From: Candidatus Melainabacteria bacterium 17Bon1m
GTDB lineage: Bacteria; Cyanobacteriota; Vampirovibrionia; Obscuribacterales; Obscuribacteraceae
Direction: 5' to 3'
Assembly (NCBI GenBank): GCA_032128875.1
Contig: JAVLKG010000011.1
Location: 32,001 to 96,000, forward strand
Length of the DNA: 64,000 nucleotides
Positions 10,156-19,569 of the stretch are shown piece by piece. Under the pieces are notes generated by a model, which was not told where the DNA came from, searched no databases, and saw nothing but the letters and a program-made list of their open reading frames with translations. The position numbers and the translations under genes were made by a program. Numbering within the stretch: position 1 is the first letter of the stretch; every line of letters begins with the position of its first letter.

Positions 10156-11190
10156 CTAACCCATGCCGCAGCCACCCCGAATCCGGAGTTCCTTGGTTTC
10201 CCACCACACAATATGTCCGCATCCTGCTTGCCGAGGATATAAAAGGCTGTCGCTTTTGTCACCAACCAGTTGAAAAAGTAGTTGTTTCTGCTGCTCAGAC
10301 TTTTCCTTTTTGCCAAGTTCTCTGTACCAGAGTGTCAAATTCCTGTGCGCCATCCTTCGTGCATGATCAATCGCGGGCAACTTATCGAGAATTGCTGCTG
10401 CCCTTAATCTTAGGCTTTCGCTCTCAAGAAAATTTCTTTCGGAGTATGATTCTAATGGCTTGGTTTTACCTCCCCATGGATAACTAGGGTCGGCTATGCG
10501 AAGCGAAATAGACTCGTTTGACATCAAGTTAAGCACCGAGGCTGTTGCTTTCCTTTCCTCTGTGGATGCAGAAGGGTTCTTTTCGCAATCGCTAATTGCG
10601 GTGTTCAACAGTATTTCGCATTTACGCGCTTCGATTGTGTCTCCAAGCTTGGTAAATACTCTCAACGCAATGAAGTGAAGATTCAACTTCGTGAATGATT
10701 TGGAAGCTTTCTCTAGTTGCCTGACAGCAGATTTTGCGGATTTGTCGGCTAATCTCATATTTTCAGCTGACGTTGTCCACACTTTCTTGTTTGACTTTGT
10801 GACTGAATTGGGCGGATACGATGTTCCATTTTCATCAGAATCAATTTGATCTGCCCACGAGACAAATATTCCTTCTCTTTTTTCGACGTTTTCCAGAAAA
10901 GAAAGATTGTCTCTGAGGTTTGCATATCTCGCATTGATTGACTGGGTCTCTGTTCCGATCAAAAAGTCCGTAGCGACTCTCAGCAGATAATAGGCTCTAA
11001 CCTCCGGAGAAAGATCTTGGTTTGTTGACAGTTGTGCAATAACGGAATCTTGTGCTGCAGTAATGTTAGTCGAGTTGGAATTATTGTCCGCAGAAAGAGA
11101 AATTTGCGGAAAGAGAATTCCGCTTGCGAAAGCAATTGCAATCAACGATCTTGTTCTATTATTTTTTTCGTCGGGCTTTATTTTTCTCAT
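10156..11190 (-). CDS. Secreted helical protein with C-terminal CGHxxWW...CGMG core, putative MNIO substrate (paralog 4)
   Basis: Signal-peptide-like N-terminus; ends YPRQAGCGHIVWWETKELRIRGGCGMG. Confidence 0.8.
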   Translation of the reverse strand: MRKIKPDEKNNRTRSLIAIAFASGILFPQISLSADNNSNSTNITAAQDSVIAQLSTNQDLSPEVRAYYLLRVATDFLIGTETQSINARYANLRDNLSFLENVEKREGIFVSWADQIDSDENGTSYPPNSVTKSNKKVWTTSAENMRLADKSAKSAVRQLEKASKSFTKLNLHFIALRVFTKLGDTIEARKCEILLNTAISDCEKNPSASTEERKATASVLNLMSNESISLRIADPSYPWGGKTKPLESYSERNFLESESLRLRAAAILDKLPAIDHARRMAHRNLTLWYRELGKKEKSEQQKQLLFQLVGDKSDSLLYPRQAGCGHIVWWETKELRIRGGCGMG

Positions 11191-11247
11191 TGGTTCTTGA
11201 TTCTCTCAGCCGCGGATTTTAGGCGTATATCTTTGTCCCAATTCGGT

Positions 11248-12285
11248 TTAACCCATGCCACAGCCAATAAGCGCGCCTTTGTAGGATTTGCCTGTTTGCC
11301 ACCAACTAACATGCCCACAACCACCGGGTTTAGCATACAGAATATCTTCGTCTTCAGTGCCAACAAGTTGGAACAAAATTTGTTTTTGCACTTTTGCCAA
11401 TTCTGGTTTGTTCAAGGCTAAATACCAAAGAACCAGGTCTCTATGCGTTTTCCTGCGTTCATGACTGCTCGGCGATAGCCGATCGATTATTGCTGCAGCT
11501 CTTAGCTTGAGACTTTCACTTTCTCTAAAATCGGCCTCGCTGAATGGCTTAACTCTCGGTACTCGCGCCCCGGGAGTAGTCTCAGGAGAGAAATCCGGTA
11601 TTCTGACAGGAATTTTTCTGTTTGCCATCACGTTCAAAATCGTTGAGACTGCCACTGCCTCTCCTCCGATGACGGACGGATTTTTTTCACATGACAGGAT
11701 CGAGTTGTCTAGGTATTTCTTGCATCGCTGAACGCCGCTCTCATTACCGGTTCTTTTAAAGAGATTTTCTGCGATTAAATACATGTCTAAAATCATTGTT
11801 TTGTTTGAGACTTTTTCTAGTTGCTTCAGAGCCGCCAGAACTGCTGAATCTGCAGCTTTAATTATGGACGGCGAGCTTGTCTGGCGCGCAGATTTGCCTG
11901 CTGTGTAACTCATCCCGTGCTTGTTACCCTCGGTATTTTCGACGACTTGAAGTACCCAATCATCCAGAACTTTGCCTCTCTTGAATAGCAAGTTTCCGTG
12001 CATTGGCTGGATACTTCTGAAGCTGTCATCTACGATCTTTTGATCGTTGTTTGCAAGATATGCTTCAGCCAGGCGAAGCAAATAGTATGCACGAACCTCT
12101 GCGGGCATTTCTGTGCGTTTCGCAATCATTTGTATCGCTGATTCATTCAATTGCGCCGGTTCCGGTGTTTTTTGCAATTTGACAGGTGCATTCCCCTCTG
12201 CAGGAAGTTGGTGCTGAAGAATTCCAGCTGCGAACATGATTGCGAGAAGCGTTTCTCGTTTAGAAGCTCTTCTATTTCTTTGCAT
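11248..12285 (-). CDS. Secreted helical protein with C-terminal CGHxxWW...CGMG core, putative MNIO substrate (paralog 3)
   Basis: Signal-peptide-like N-terminus; ends YAKPGGCGHVSWWQTGKSYKGALIGCGMG. Confidence 0.8.
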   Translation of the reverse strand: MQRNRRASKRETLLAIMFAAGILQHQLPAEGNAPVKLQKTPEPAQLNESAIQMIAKRTEMPAEVRAYYLLRLAEAYLANNDQKIVDDSFRSIQPMHGNLLFKRGKVLDDWVLQVVENTEGNKHGMSYTAGKSARQTSSPSIIKAADSAVLAALKQLEKVSNKTMILDMYLIAENLFKRTGNESGVQRCKKYLDNSILSCEKNPSVIGGEAVAVSTILNVMANRKIPVRIPDFSPETTPGARVPRVKPFSEADFRESESLKLRAAAIIDRLSPSSHERRKTHRDLVLWYLALNKPELAKVQKQILFQLVGTEDEDILYAKPGGCGHVSWWQTGKSYKGALIGCGMG

Positions 12286-12498
12286 GCAATTAAGTCTCCA
12301 TCGGTACTTCCCGGAAGTGTTTTTACTCTCGCAAAATGCGAGGAGTAAGACATAGGAAACGACAGAAGTTGCTTAGTAACTTTCTTACGGTCAGCCGGCA
12401 GCTTTGCTCTCCGGACGATTTTACGATATTAAAAACCCTACCAGCATTTTCCTACGGCGAACACCGTGAAATTACTATATTTTTGGTAAGTCTTGGCG

Positions 12499-13449
12499 CT
12501 ACCCCATCCCGCACGCTGGGCAGGGCGGTGCTGGGGGAAACAGCGTGTTGCGGTCGGTTGTGTGCATCAGGTCGCTCAAAATCTTCGTAGCAAACTCTTC
12601 TTTCTTCGTATCGCCGTATAAGTGGTACCAAAAGACCATATTCCGATGCGCATCAATTCTTGTCGGATCGGCAGGCGGAAGGCGGTCGTAGGCATTTAGC
12701 GCTCGCAAATGATAGTCTTCTGCGAGTTTGAAATCCTTGTGTTTTATTGTGCCCGGCTTTGTTGGCGAATCGTCCGGGACTACCTGCATTGGTTGCATCA
12801 TACGTGCAGCGCGGAATGCCGGTGAAGGCGCGTACAACTGCGCCATACGGAGCAACATCATTGCTAGTGAAAGATACTCTTCGCGTTTTAAATTGATGTC
12901 AGACTCGAGAAGTTTTAGCTCGCGATCGTAAGCTGCTGTCGTCTCTCGTTCTTCCGCCTCCATTCCTGCCATTCGATAACCTTGAATGGCACGCAAACCA
13001 TAGTAAAGTCTTTCGAGTGATGCGGCTGGATACTTATTGGCATACGGTTGACCATCATGTAAAACCTGTTGGGCTTTTGCTTTCAACTCGCGGCGCAAGC
13101 TGTCTGAGTACGATTTTTCAGCGCTTGCAGTGAGCAAAGCTAGTGCGTAGGTGCTAAACATATTCGGCAACGGATTGTTCTTAGGATTGGCGGTTGCCTT
13201 TTGAGCCACGACTGCTTTGTTAAACGTCTCATCGGCTTCTTTTATCATGCCGTTTCTTGCGTACATGCTGCAAAGATTGGCTAGGCGGATAGGGTATTGC
13301 GCATTGTCTTTTCCCTGCTGCGCGATAAATTCCTCGAACTGTTTTTCGGCAATTTTGACTGCCGCTTTGTCTGCGCGCGCTGGTAAAGAACCAACCATAA
13401 TTCCCAAGGCGACTAATGAAGTGACTACCTTTGAAGATGTGTTTTTCAT
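12499..13449 (-). CDS. Secreted TPR-like protein ending in CPACGMG, putative MNIO substrate (paralog 2)
   Basis: Signal peptide ending PARA-D; ends LFPPAPPCPACGMG, the ChrA (chryseobasin) core motif. Confidence 0.85.
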   Translation of the reverse strand: MKNTSSKVVTSLVALGIMVGSLPARADKAAVKIAEKQFEEFIAQQGKDNAQYPIRLANLCSMYARNGMIKEADETFNKAVVAQKATANPKNNPLPNMFSTYALALLTASAEKSYSDSLRRELKAKAQQVLHDGQPYANKYPAASLERLYYGLRAIQGYRMAGMEAEERETTAAYDRELKLLESDINLKREEYLSLAMMLLRMAQLYAPSPAFRAARMMQPMQVVPDDSPTKPGTIKHKDFKLAEDYHLRALNAYDRLPPADPTRIDAHRNMVFWYHLYGDTKKEEFATKILSDLMHTTDRNTLFPPAPPCPACGMG

Positions 13450-13492
13450 TAGACCCTCGAAATATTCAATACACCAGTGTGCTCAAATGTAA

Positions 13493-14473
13493 TTATCCCC
13501 TGCCGCACCCATGGCAAGGATCTTTGGGAGGAAAGAGGACATTCTTATCGGTCGAGTGCAATAACTTACTCAAAATCTGCGTCTGGGCTTTTTCCTGGTC
13601 GGTTTGTTTGAAAAATGCATACCATTTTGCAAGGCGACGGTGTGCCGCTATTCTCCTCTGGTCGCTTTCAGGCAGTTTGTCGTAAAACGTTATTGCTCGT
13701 AGCTCGTATTTTTCTCCGGCTTTGAACTTCGATAGGCGTGTCGACGACGGGCTTAAGAATGGTTCGCTATCGTTAACTACTTCCTTGGTTGCCATTGCGG
13801 TGAAATCTGTATTGGATGGAGATTCACAAAGGAATTGCGACACAGCGATCAAGTTTTTTGCAACTCGTACCGCTTCTTCGTTTGACAATTTTGGAGTACT
13901 TCCAAGTGCGTCGACCAGCGCATCAAATGACCTCAAGACAATGTTCATTTCGCGCTGTTTTCCCAACGATTTATAGAATCCGATTGCGTTGACCATGAAA
14001 CTCAAGCGTTGCGCCGAATTAATCGGAAGTTTGCTTACCAATTTCAGTCCTTCTGCAACAACTTCTTCGGCGTTTTGTAAGTCGGCCCTGTACGCGCTTT
14101 CCAGCCCTGCGTAATTCTGTGATTCAGCGGGCGTCATAAATCTTGCAATCTGTGGTCGGTAGGTAAGACTTGTTGCCCAGTTCATCATTGTGCCCGGCAC
14201 ATCAAAGTTCTTTATCGTCGATCCGATTTCTATTGCCTTGCGATATGTCTCATTAGCCTCCTTTCTTTGACCGTTTGCTTTGTACGCGTTGGCGAGTTTC
14301 ATTAGTTGATAAACATACGAGGGGCTGGCCGTTTGTCCTCGTGATTCAAACGTTTTTACGCTTGCTTCCGCGGTTTGAAGAGCCGCAAGATTGTCTGCGC
14401 GTGCGTAATGACTTGAAAGACCCATGCTGCATAACAGCAATGAGCTGAAGACGAGGCGAGACTTATTTTTCAT
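13493..14473 (-). CDS. Secreted TPR-like protein ending in CHGCGRG, putative MNIO substrate (paralog 1)
   Basis: Likely start MKNKSRL after AAGGA (ORF track opens at 14620); signal peptide ending YARA-D; ends LFPPKDPCHGCGRG. Confidence 0.8.
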   Translation of the reverse strand: MKNKSRLVFSSLLLCSMGLSSHYARADNLAALQTAEASVKTFESRGQTASPSYVYQLMKLANAYKANGQRKEANETYRKAIEIGSTIKNFDVPGTMMNWATSLTYRPQIARFMTPAESQNYAGLESAYRADLQNAEEVVAEGLKLVSKLPINSAQRLSFMVNAIGFYKSLGKQREMNIVLRSFDALVDALGSTPKLSNEEAVRVAKNLIAVSQFLCESPSNTDFTAMATKEVVNDSEPFLSPSSTRLSKFKAGEKYELRAITFYDKLPESDQRRIAAHRRLAKWYAFFKQTDQEKAQTQILSKLLHSTDKNVLFPPKDPCHGCGRG

Positions 14474-14675
14474 TCGTATCCTTATTGAGTTCAAACTCAT
14501 TTGTGTTCTGACCATTTCGCCAGACTTGATTTTGCGCGAGTCAATCCGCAATCGATTGGCTCGACTTCGTCCTTTTGCCTGATTTAGCAGACTTTTGGCA
14601 TGATTGCTCCTCATGCCCATTTTTTACGCAGGCTAGAAAAATTGCACTGGGGTTAACCCAAAAGAAAATGTCGGA

Positions 14676-15719
14676 CTAACGCTTGGTCGCTGTGACCTTT
14701 TCTTTGTCCGATGCGGGCAAAGTTTTTTCCGGCTTGGTCCAATATTGGTCGCGGTGCTTCGCGTAGTATTCGATGGTTTTGGCGATGCCTTCTTCCAAGC
14801 CGGTACGAGGACGCCAGCCTGTGAAGCGTTCGATTTTGGAGATATCCGAATAAAAATCGCCCGGTTCTTGAGCTTTTCTTTCCGGCGAAAACTCGGCAAA
14901 CTGCCAACGACCCGACTTCGCCACTTTTACGATGGCGTCGCACAATTCTCTGAAGCTGACCGGGATGTCAGAGCCGACGTTGAAGATTTCTCCATAGCAT
15001 TCAGGGGTGGTGGCGACGCGCAAGATTGCATCGACGCAATCATCCACGTAGCAGAAATCGCGCAGAATGCTGCCGTCTCCGAACACCTGAATTGTGTCGT
15101 CGTCCATCGCCAGGCGGATGAACCAGTTGGCGACGCCGAAGCGCGAGTGCATCATTTGCGAACGCGGTCCGTAAATATTGCTCAAGCGCAATGAGCAAGA
15201 ACGAATGCCGTGCACATCGTTGTATACCTTGATGATTTTTTCGGCGGTGAGATTGGAAATCTCGTAAATGCCCTTTGGATTTGTCGGCGCTTCTTCGTTG
15301 ACCGGCATCGAAACAACCGAGCCATACTGTCCGCGTGTACCTGTGTAAACAACTATCGCGTCCGGATTATGTTTGCGCAGCGCCTCCATAACAATGGCGG
15401 TGCCGGTGATATTCATCTCAATATCCGGAAACGGATTGGAAAGGCTCATCAGGTGGCAAACCTGACCAGCAAGGTGGAAAACATAGTCCTGACCGCGCAC
15501 CAGCCAATCGACGGCTGAGGGGTCTCTGATGTCGCAAAAGTTGATGCGGATTTTTTCAGATTCGGTGACGTTGAAGACGTTGCCGCCGTAATCCGGGATC
15601 ATGGCGTCCAGAATAGTCACCTTCGCGCCCAGCTCTGCCAGCTTTATAGCCAGATTCGAACCGATGAAGCCCATGCCACCAGTTATGAGAGCTGTCTTAC
15701 CTTTGAATTGTTCGATCAT
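14676..15719 (-). CDS. NAD-dependent nucleotide-sugar epimerase/dehydratase
   Basis: ITGGMGFIGS Rossmann motif, NIYGPR, GDGSILRDFCYVDD; the usual YxxxK appears as YEISN. Confidence 0.9.
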   Translation of the reverse strand: MIEQFKGKTALITGGMGFIGSNLAIKLAELGAKVTILDAMIPDYGGNVFNVTESEKIRINFCDIRDPSAVDWLVRGQDYVFHLAGQVCHLMSLSNPFPDIEMNITGTAIVMEALRKHNPDAIVVYTGTRGQYGSVVSMPVNEEAPTNPKGIYEISNLTAEKIIKVYNDVHGIRSCSLRLSNIYGPRSQMMHSRFGVANWFIRLAMDDDTIQVFGDGSILRDFCYVDDCVDAILRVATTPECYGEIFNVGSDIPVSFRELCDAIVKVAKSGRWQFAEFSPERKAQEPGDFYSDISKIERFTGWRPRTGLEEGIAKTIEYYAKHRDQYWTKPEKTLPASDKEKVTATKR

Positions 15720-15980
15720 GATCTGCGTCTAACTCTAAATTCGCGCTAACGTTTTGTTGTTCTGGACGCAGGCGTAAATGGTGATCCTGTGCGCGTTTCG
15801 GAAAACGGCGCCCGCTAAATCCAAGGCAATGATTTTACCACGCAAACCGGCGACAATTGGCGGAAATCCCACCGCTCTGTGACTTCTCGTCAGATGTCAA
15901 TTAAGTTGCTCTTAATTCGCTTCTTGACCATTTCTTCTAGTATGTGTGGGCCAGATTCTACAGATCAAAGGAGCGAACCG

Positions 15981-17126
15981 GTGAAAGTCCCATTCGGCGA
16001 CATGAAGCTGCACTACCAGGCTTATAAGAGCCAGATTGACCAGGCGGTCCATCGCGTTCTTGAAAGCGGTCACTATATCTTGGGTAGCGAACTCGAGAAA
16101 TTCGAAGCCAGCTTTGCAAAAGCATTGGGCGCCGGCTATTCCGCTGGTTGCGCATCCGGTACTGAGGCTATCTATCTGGCTCTGGCAGCGGCCGGAGTGA
16201 CTACTGGCGATGAAGTAATCGTTGTCGCACACACCGCCGTGCCTACCATCTCTGCGATTTCGATGACCGGCGCCACGCCTGTTTTCGTCGACATCGACCC
16301 CAAGACTTATGTAATGGACGTGAATCTCGTCGAAGCGAAGATCACCCCGAAGACCAAAGCTCTCGTGCCTGTGCACCTCTACGGTCAAATGGTGGACATG
16401 GAGCCTTTGCTCAAGATTGCTGCAAAACACAAGATCATGCTTCTAGAAGATTGTGCGCAATCGACTCTCGCTACTTATAAAGGTGCGATTGCTGGAACTT
16501 TGGGCGACTACGGTGCCTTTAGTTTTTATCCGAGCAAGAACCTGGGCGCGTTTGGCGACGGCGGTGCTGTTTCGACCAACTCCAGCGAAAACTTCGATAA
16601 GCTCGTAAAGCTGCGTAATTACGGTCAGTCGAAGCGCTACTATCACGACATCATCGGCATCAACAGCCGTCTTGATGAAATGCAAGCTGCAATTCTCGAT
16701 GCTCAACTTCCTTATGTTGAGCAATGGAATGAGCGCCGTCGCGAAATCGCGAAGCGCTACAACGAAGGCCTGGAAGGTGTTGTTGAAACTCCGTATGAGG
16801 CAGAAGGACGCAAACACGTCTATCACCTGTACGTAATCCAGACCGATGATCGCGACGGACTGCAAGCATATTTGCTGGAGAAAGGCATCCAATGTTTGAT
16901 CCACTATCCAAACCCGGCACATCTACAGAAAGCCTATAGCTATCTCGGATACCAACCTGGTTCGCTTCCTGTGACAGAGAAAATCGTCAATCGAATTCTT
17001 TCTCTGCCAATGCACCCCTGCTTAACTGATGAGCAAGTCGATGAAGTCATCGAAGCAATCAAAAGCTATAGCAGCGAGCAAAACTCTTCCAAATCTCCTA
17101 AAGTAACTGCCAACTCGATTTCATAA
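15981..17126 (+). CDS. DegT/DnrJ/EryC1/StrS family PLP-dependent sugar aminotransferase
   Basis: PVHLYGQ, EDCAQ, FSFYPSKNLGAFGDGG, NSRLDEMQAA; GTG start after AAGGAG. Confidence 0.95.
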   Translation: MKVPFGDMKLHYQAYKSQIDQAVHRVLESGHYILGSELEKFEASFAKALGAGYSAGCASGTEAIYLALAAAGVTTGDEVIVVAHTAVPTISAISMTGATPVFVDIDPKTYVMDVNLVEAKITPKTKALVPVHLYGQMVDMEPLLKIAAKHKIMLLEDCAQSTLATYKGAIAGTLGDYGAFSFYPSKNLGAFGDGGAVSTNSSENFDKLVKLRNYGQSKRYYHDIIGINSRLDEMQAAILDAQLPYVEQWNERRREIAKRYNEGLEGVVETPYEAEGRKHVYHLYVIQTDDRDGLQAYLLEKGIQCLIHYPNPAHLQKAYSYLGYQPGSLPVTEKIVNRILSLPMHPCLTDEQVDEVIEAIKSYSSEQNSSKSPKVTANSIS

Positions 17127-17148
17127 ACTGAAGCGGAGCCAAAATCAA

Positions 17149-17898
17149 ATGAGTGACATCAGCGTAAAGCAAAGCTCAAATACAGCAACACTTCCGAGAC
17201 GGATGCAAGCCATTCCGGGATCGGTATCGCTAGTGATACCGGCCTACAATGACGAAACAACCATCGGAAAGTTGATCACCGATGCCGATGCGCTTCTGAA
17301 AGAAGCCTGCTCAGACTATGAAATCATCGTCTGCAACGACGGCAGCCGCGACAATACTCTGGCTGTAGTTCAACAGTGTGCGAAATGGTTTCCCAACGTG
17401 GTAATCATCAACCACCCCGAGAACAAAGGTTTCGGATTCACCATCAGAGAGCTTTATCTAGCAGGTAAGAAAGACCTCGTCTTCTCTTTGCCGGGTGACT
17501 ATCAGTACGCACCGAAAGAGATCTTCGCGATGGCGAAAGGACTCAGAACCCATGATTTCGTGATCGGGCACAGAGTCAACCGCAACGACCCGCCGCGCAG
17601 AAAAATTCAATCGCAGGTGTATAACCTGATGTTGCGCGTCATGTATGGTCACAAGCACAAAGACGTCAACTCAATCAAACTCTTCCGCCGCGAAATCGTC
17701 GACCGCATCACCTTGCTGTCGCACACTCCATTTGTGGATGCAGAACTCTGCATTCGCGCTGAAAGAGCAGGCTACAGAGTCATTGAGATTCCGATCGAAC
17801 ACCTGCCGCGTTTGTCGGTTGGCGCTTCGGGCGGAAAGTTCTCCGTCATCTGGGAGACTTTCTCTGATTTGTTCAGCATGCGCAGAACATTCCGTTAA
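17149..17898 (+). CDS. Family 2 glycosyltransferase (DPM1/ArnC-like)
   Basis: SLVIPAYND, NDGSRD, HPENKGFG, EIPIEH. Confidence 0.9.
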   Translation: MSDISVKQSSNTATLPRRMQAIPGSVSLVIPAYNDETTIGKLITDADALLKEACSDYEIIVCNDGSRDNTLAVVQQCAKWFPNVVIINHPENKGFGFTIRELYLAGKKDLVFSLPGDYQYAPKEIFAMAKGLRTHDFVIGHRVNRNDPPRRKIQSQVYNLMLRVMYGHKHKDVNSIKLFRREIVDRITLLSHTPFVDAELCIRAERAGYRVIEIPIEHLPRLSVGASGGKFSVIWETFSDLFSMRRTFR

Positions 17899-17900
17899 TT

Positions 17901-18240
17901 GTAAGGACGACGCCATGCGTCGACCGGTTTTATTGTGGGGGCGCGTTGCACGCGCCCTTTTTTTCTGTCTTCGTGGGGGCGCGTTGCACGCGCCCTTTTT
18001 TTTGTTTCGTGGGGGCGCGTTGCACGCGCCCTTTTTTTCTGTCTTTCGTGGGGGCGCGTTGCACGCGCCCTTTTTCTTGTTTCGTGGGGGCGCGTTGCAT
18101 GCGCCCTTTTTTTCTGTCTTTCGTGGGGGCGCGTTGCACGCGCCCTTTTTCTTGTTTCGTGGGGGCACGTTGAGCGCCCTCTGTCTTAAATCTGGGAGGG
18201 GCGAGCGCTCCAGCCGGTCGATGCATGGCATCTACCCTAC
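17901..18240. repeat. REP/BIME-like tandem hairpin array flanked by inverted REP-like elements
   Basis: Seven units of GTGGGGGCGCGTTGCACGCGCCC+T-rich linker start at 17935, 17973, 18009, 18048, 18084, 18123 and 18159 (last degenerate); flanks 17901-17927 and 18214-18240 are inverted copies (22/27 identical). Confidence 0.9.
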
Positions 18241-18260
18241 ACTAAAAGGGCTTGCTTACC

Positions 18261-19562
18261 TTACGCGAAAGCCTTCTTCAGCGCGGCTGCGACCTTCTCC
18301 ACGGTTTCCTCGATATCTTGCTCGCTGTGAGCAGCAGATACACAGGCTGCATCGACCGACGAGGGCGGTAGATACACGCCATTGGCGAGCAAATTGTTGA
18401 AGAAAACAGCGAAGCGCTCAGCATCGATTCGTTTTGAATCAACAAAGTTTTTTACTGGAATGTCGCTGAAGATGATCGAGAACATTGATCCGGCGCGTTG
18501 CAATTGAATGGGCAAAGACTTGGCGGTCACGAACTCTGCAATTCCTGCAAAAAGCTGTGCAGTACGGGCTTCCAGGGTTTCGTAAACGCTGTCGTCATCG
18601 AGCAATCTCAATACCTCGATGCCACCGGCCATAGTGACCGGATTCCCTGAAAATGTTCCGGCTTGATACACTTCACCGATAGGCATGAGCGCGTCCATGA
18701 TGTCTCTGCGCCCACCGTATGCACCGATTGGCATTCCGCCACCTAATGCTTTACCAAAAGTGGTCAGGTCGGGTTTTACCCCAAAGAGCGCTTGAGCGCC
18801 ACCTTTTGCGACACGTAGGCCCGTCAATACTTCGTCAAAAATCAAAACAACATGATGTTTGTCGCAGAGTTTTCTAACTCCCTGGAGAAAACCGGGCTCA
18901 GGCAAAACTACGCCCATCGAGCCGCAAACGGGTTCGATAATAACTGTCGCAACCTGCCCGGAAAGCTTATTCAATGTGGCTTCCAGCATTTCCAAATCGT
19001 TGAATGGTGTTAAGACCGTTCGTTGTTTTGTCCCTGCAAGGACTCCTGAACTCGACTGATGAGTTGTAGAACCAAGAACAGAATCACTGTGTCCGTGGTA
19101 AGCGCCTTCGAACATCACAACTACATCGCGACCGGTAAAACCTCTTGCCAGGCGGATTGCGCTCATGACTGCTTCAGTGCCGCTGCTTACAAATCGGATT
19201 TGATCGATACTGGGAAAATGTCGGATGACACTTTTTGCCATTTCCATCTCGAGCAAAGTTGGTGCACCAAATACAGCACCAGCGCTGACGGCGTCCTGGC
19301 AGGCTTTCACTACTGAAGGATGGGAATGCCCTAGAATAGCGGGTCCCCACGCGCCCAAGTAATCTATATAAACGTTGCCGTCGATGTCGGTAACTTTCGA
19401 CCCCTGTGCGTCTTTGAAAAAGATAGTGTGCCCGCCCACTTCGTGAAACGAACGAAATGGGCTGTTTACGCCACCTGGGATAAGCGTGGCGATTTCTTCA
19501 GATGCGCTCTTCGAATTCTCTGTTTTCGCTGCTTGTGTAAGCGGATTTTGGCTTTTGCCCAT
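18261..19562 (-). CDS. hemL: Glutamate-1-semialdehyde 2,1-aminomutase
   Basis: IPGGVNSPFR, SSGTEA, FDEVLTG, FGKALGGGMPIGAYGG, YQAGTFSGNP. Confidence 0.97.
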   Translation of the reverse strand: MGKSQNPLTQAAKTENSKSASEEIATLIPGGVNSPFRSFHEVGGHTIFFKDAQGSKVTDIDGNVYIDYLGAWGPAILGHSHPSVVKACQDAVSAGAVFGAPTLLEMEMAKSVIRHFPSIDQIRFVSSGTEAVMSAIRLARGFTGRDVVVMFEGAYHGHSDSVLGSTTHQSSSGVLAGTKQRTVLTPFNDLEMLEATLNKLSGQVATVIIEPVCGSMGVVLPEPGFLQGVRKLCDKHHVVLIFDEVLTGLRVAKGGAQALFGVKPDLTTFGKALGGGMPIGAYGGRRDIMDALMPIGEVYQAGTFSGNPVTMAGGIEVLRLLDDDSVYETLEARTAQLFAGIAEFVTAKSLPIQLQRAGSMFSIIFSDIPVKNFVDSKRIDAERFAVFFNNLLANGVYLPPSSVDAACVSAAHSEQDIEETVEKVAAALKKAFA

Positions 19563-19569
19563 TTCTGTT

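Noticed and set aside
14474-14620. 49-aa N-terminal extension of the CHGCGRG protein
   Set aside because: The RBS and the signal-peptide position, matching the paralogs, favour the ATG at 14473.
17935-18180. Possible CRISPR array
   Set aside because: The linkers are only ~13-16 nt, T-rich and near-identical rather than unique spacers, and there are no cas genes in the window.
17645-18400. Several ORFs with repeating peptides (GGALHAPFF, GACNAPP)
   Set aside because: They are translations of the DNA repeat array in multiple frames and overlap real genes.
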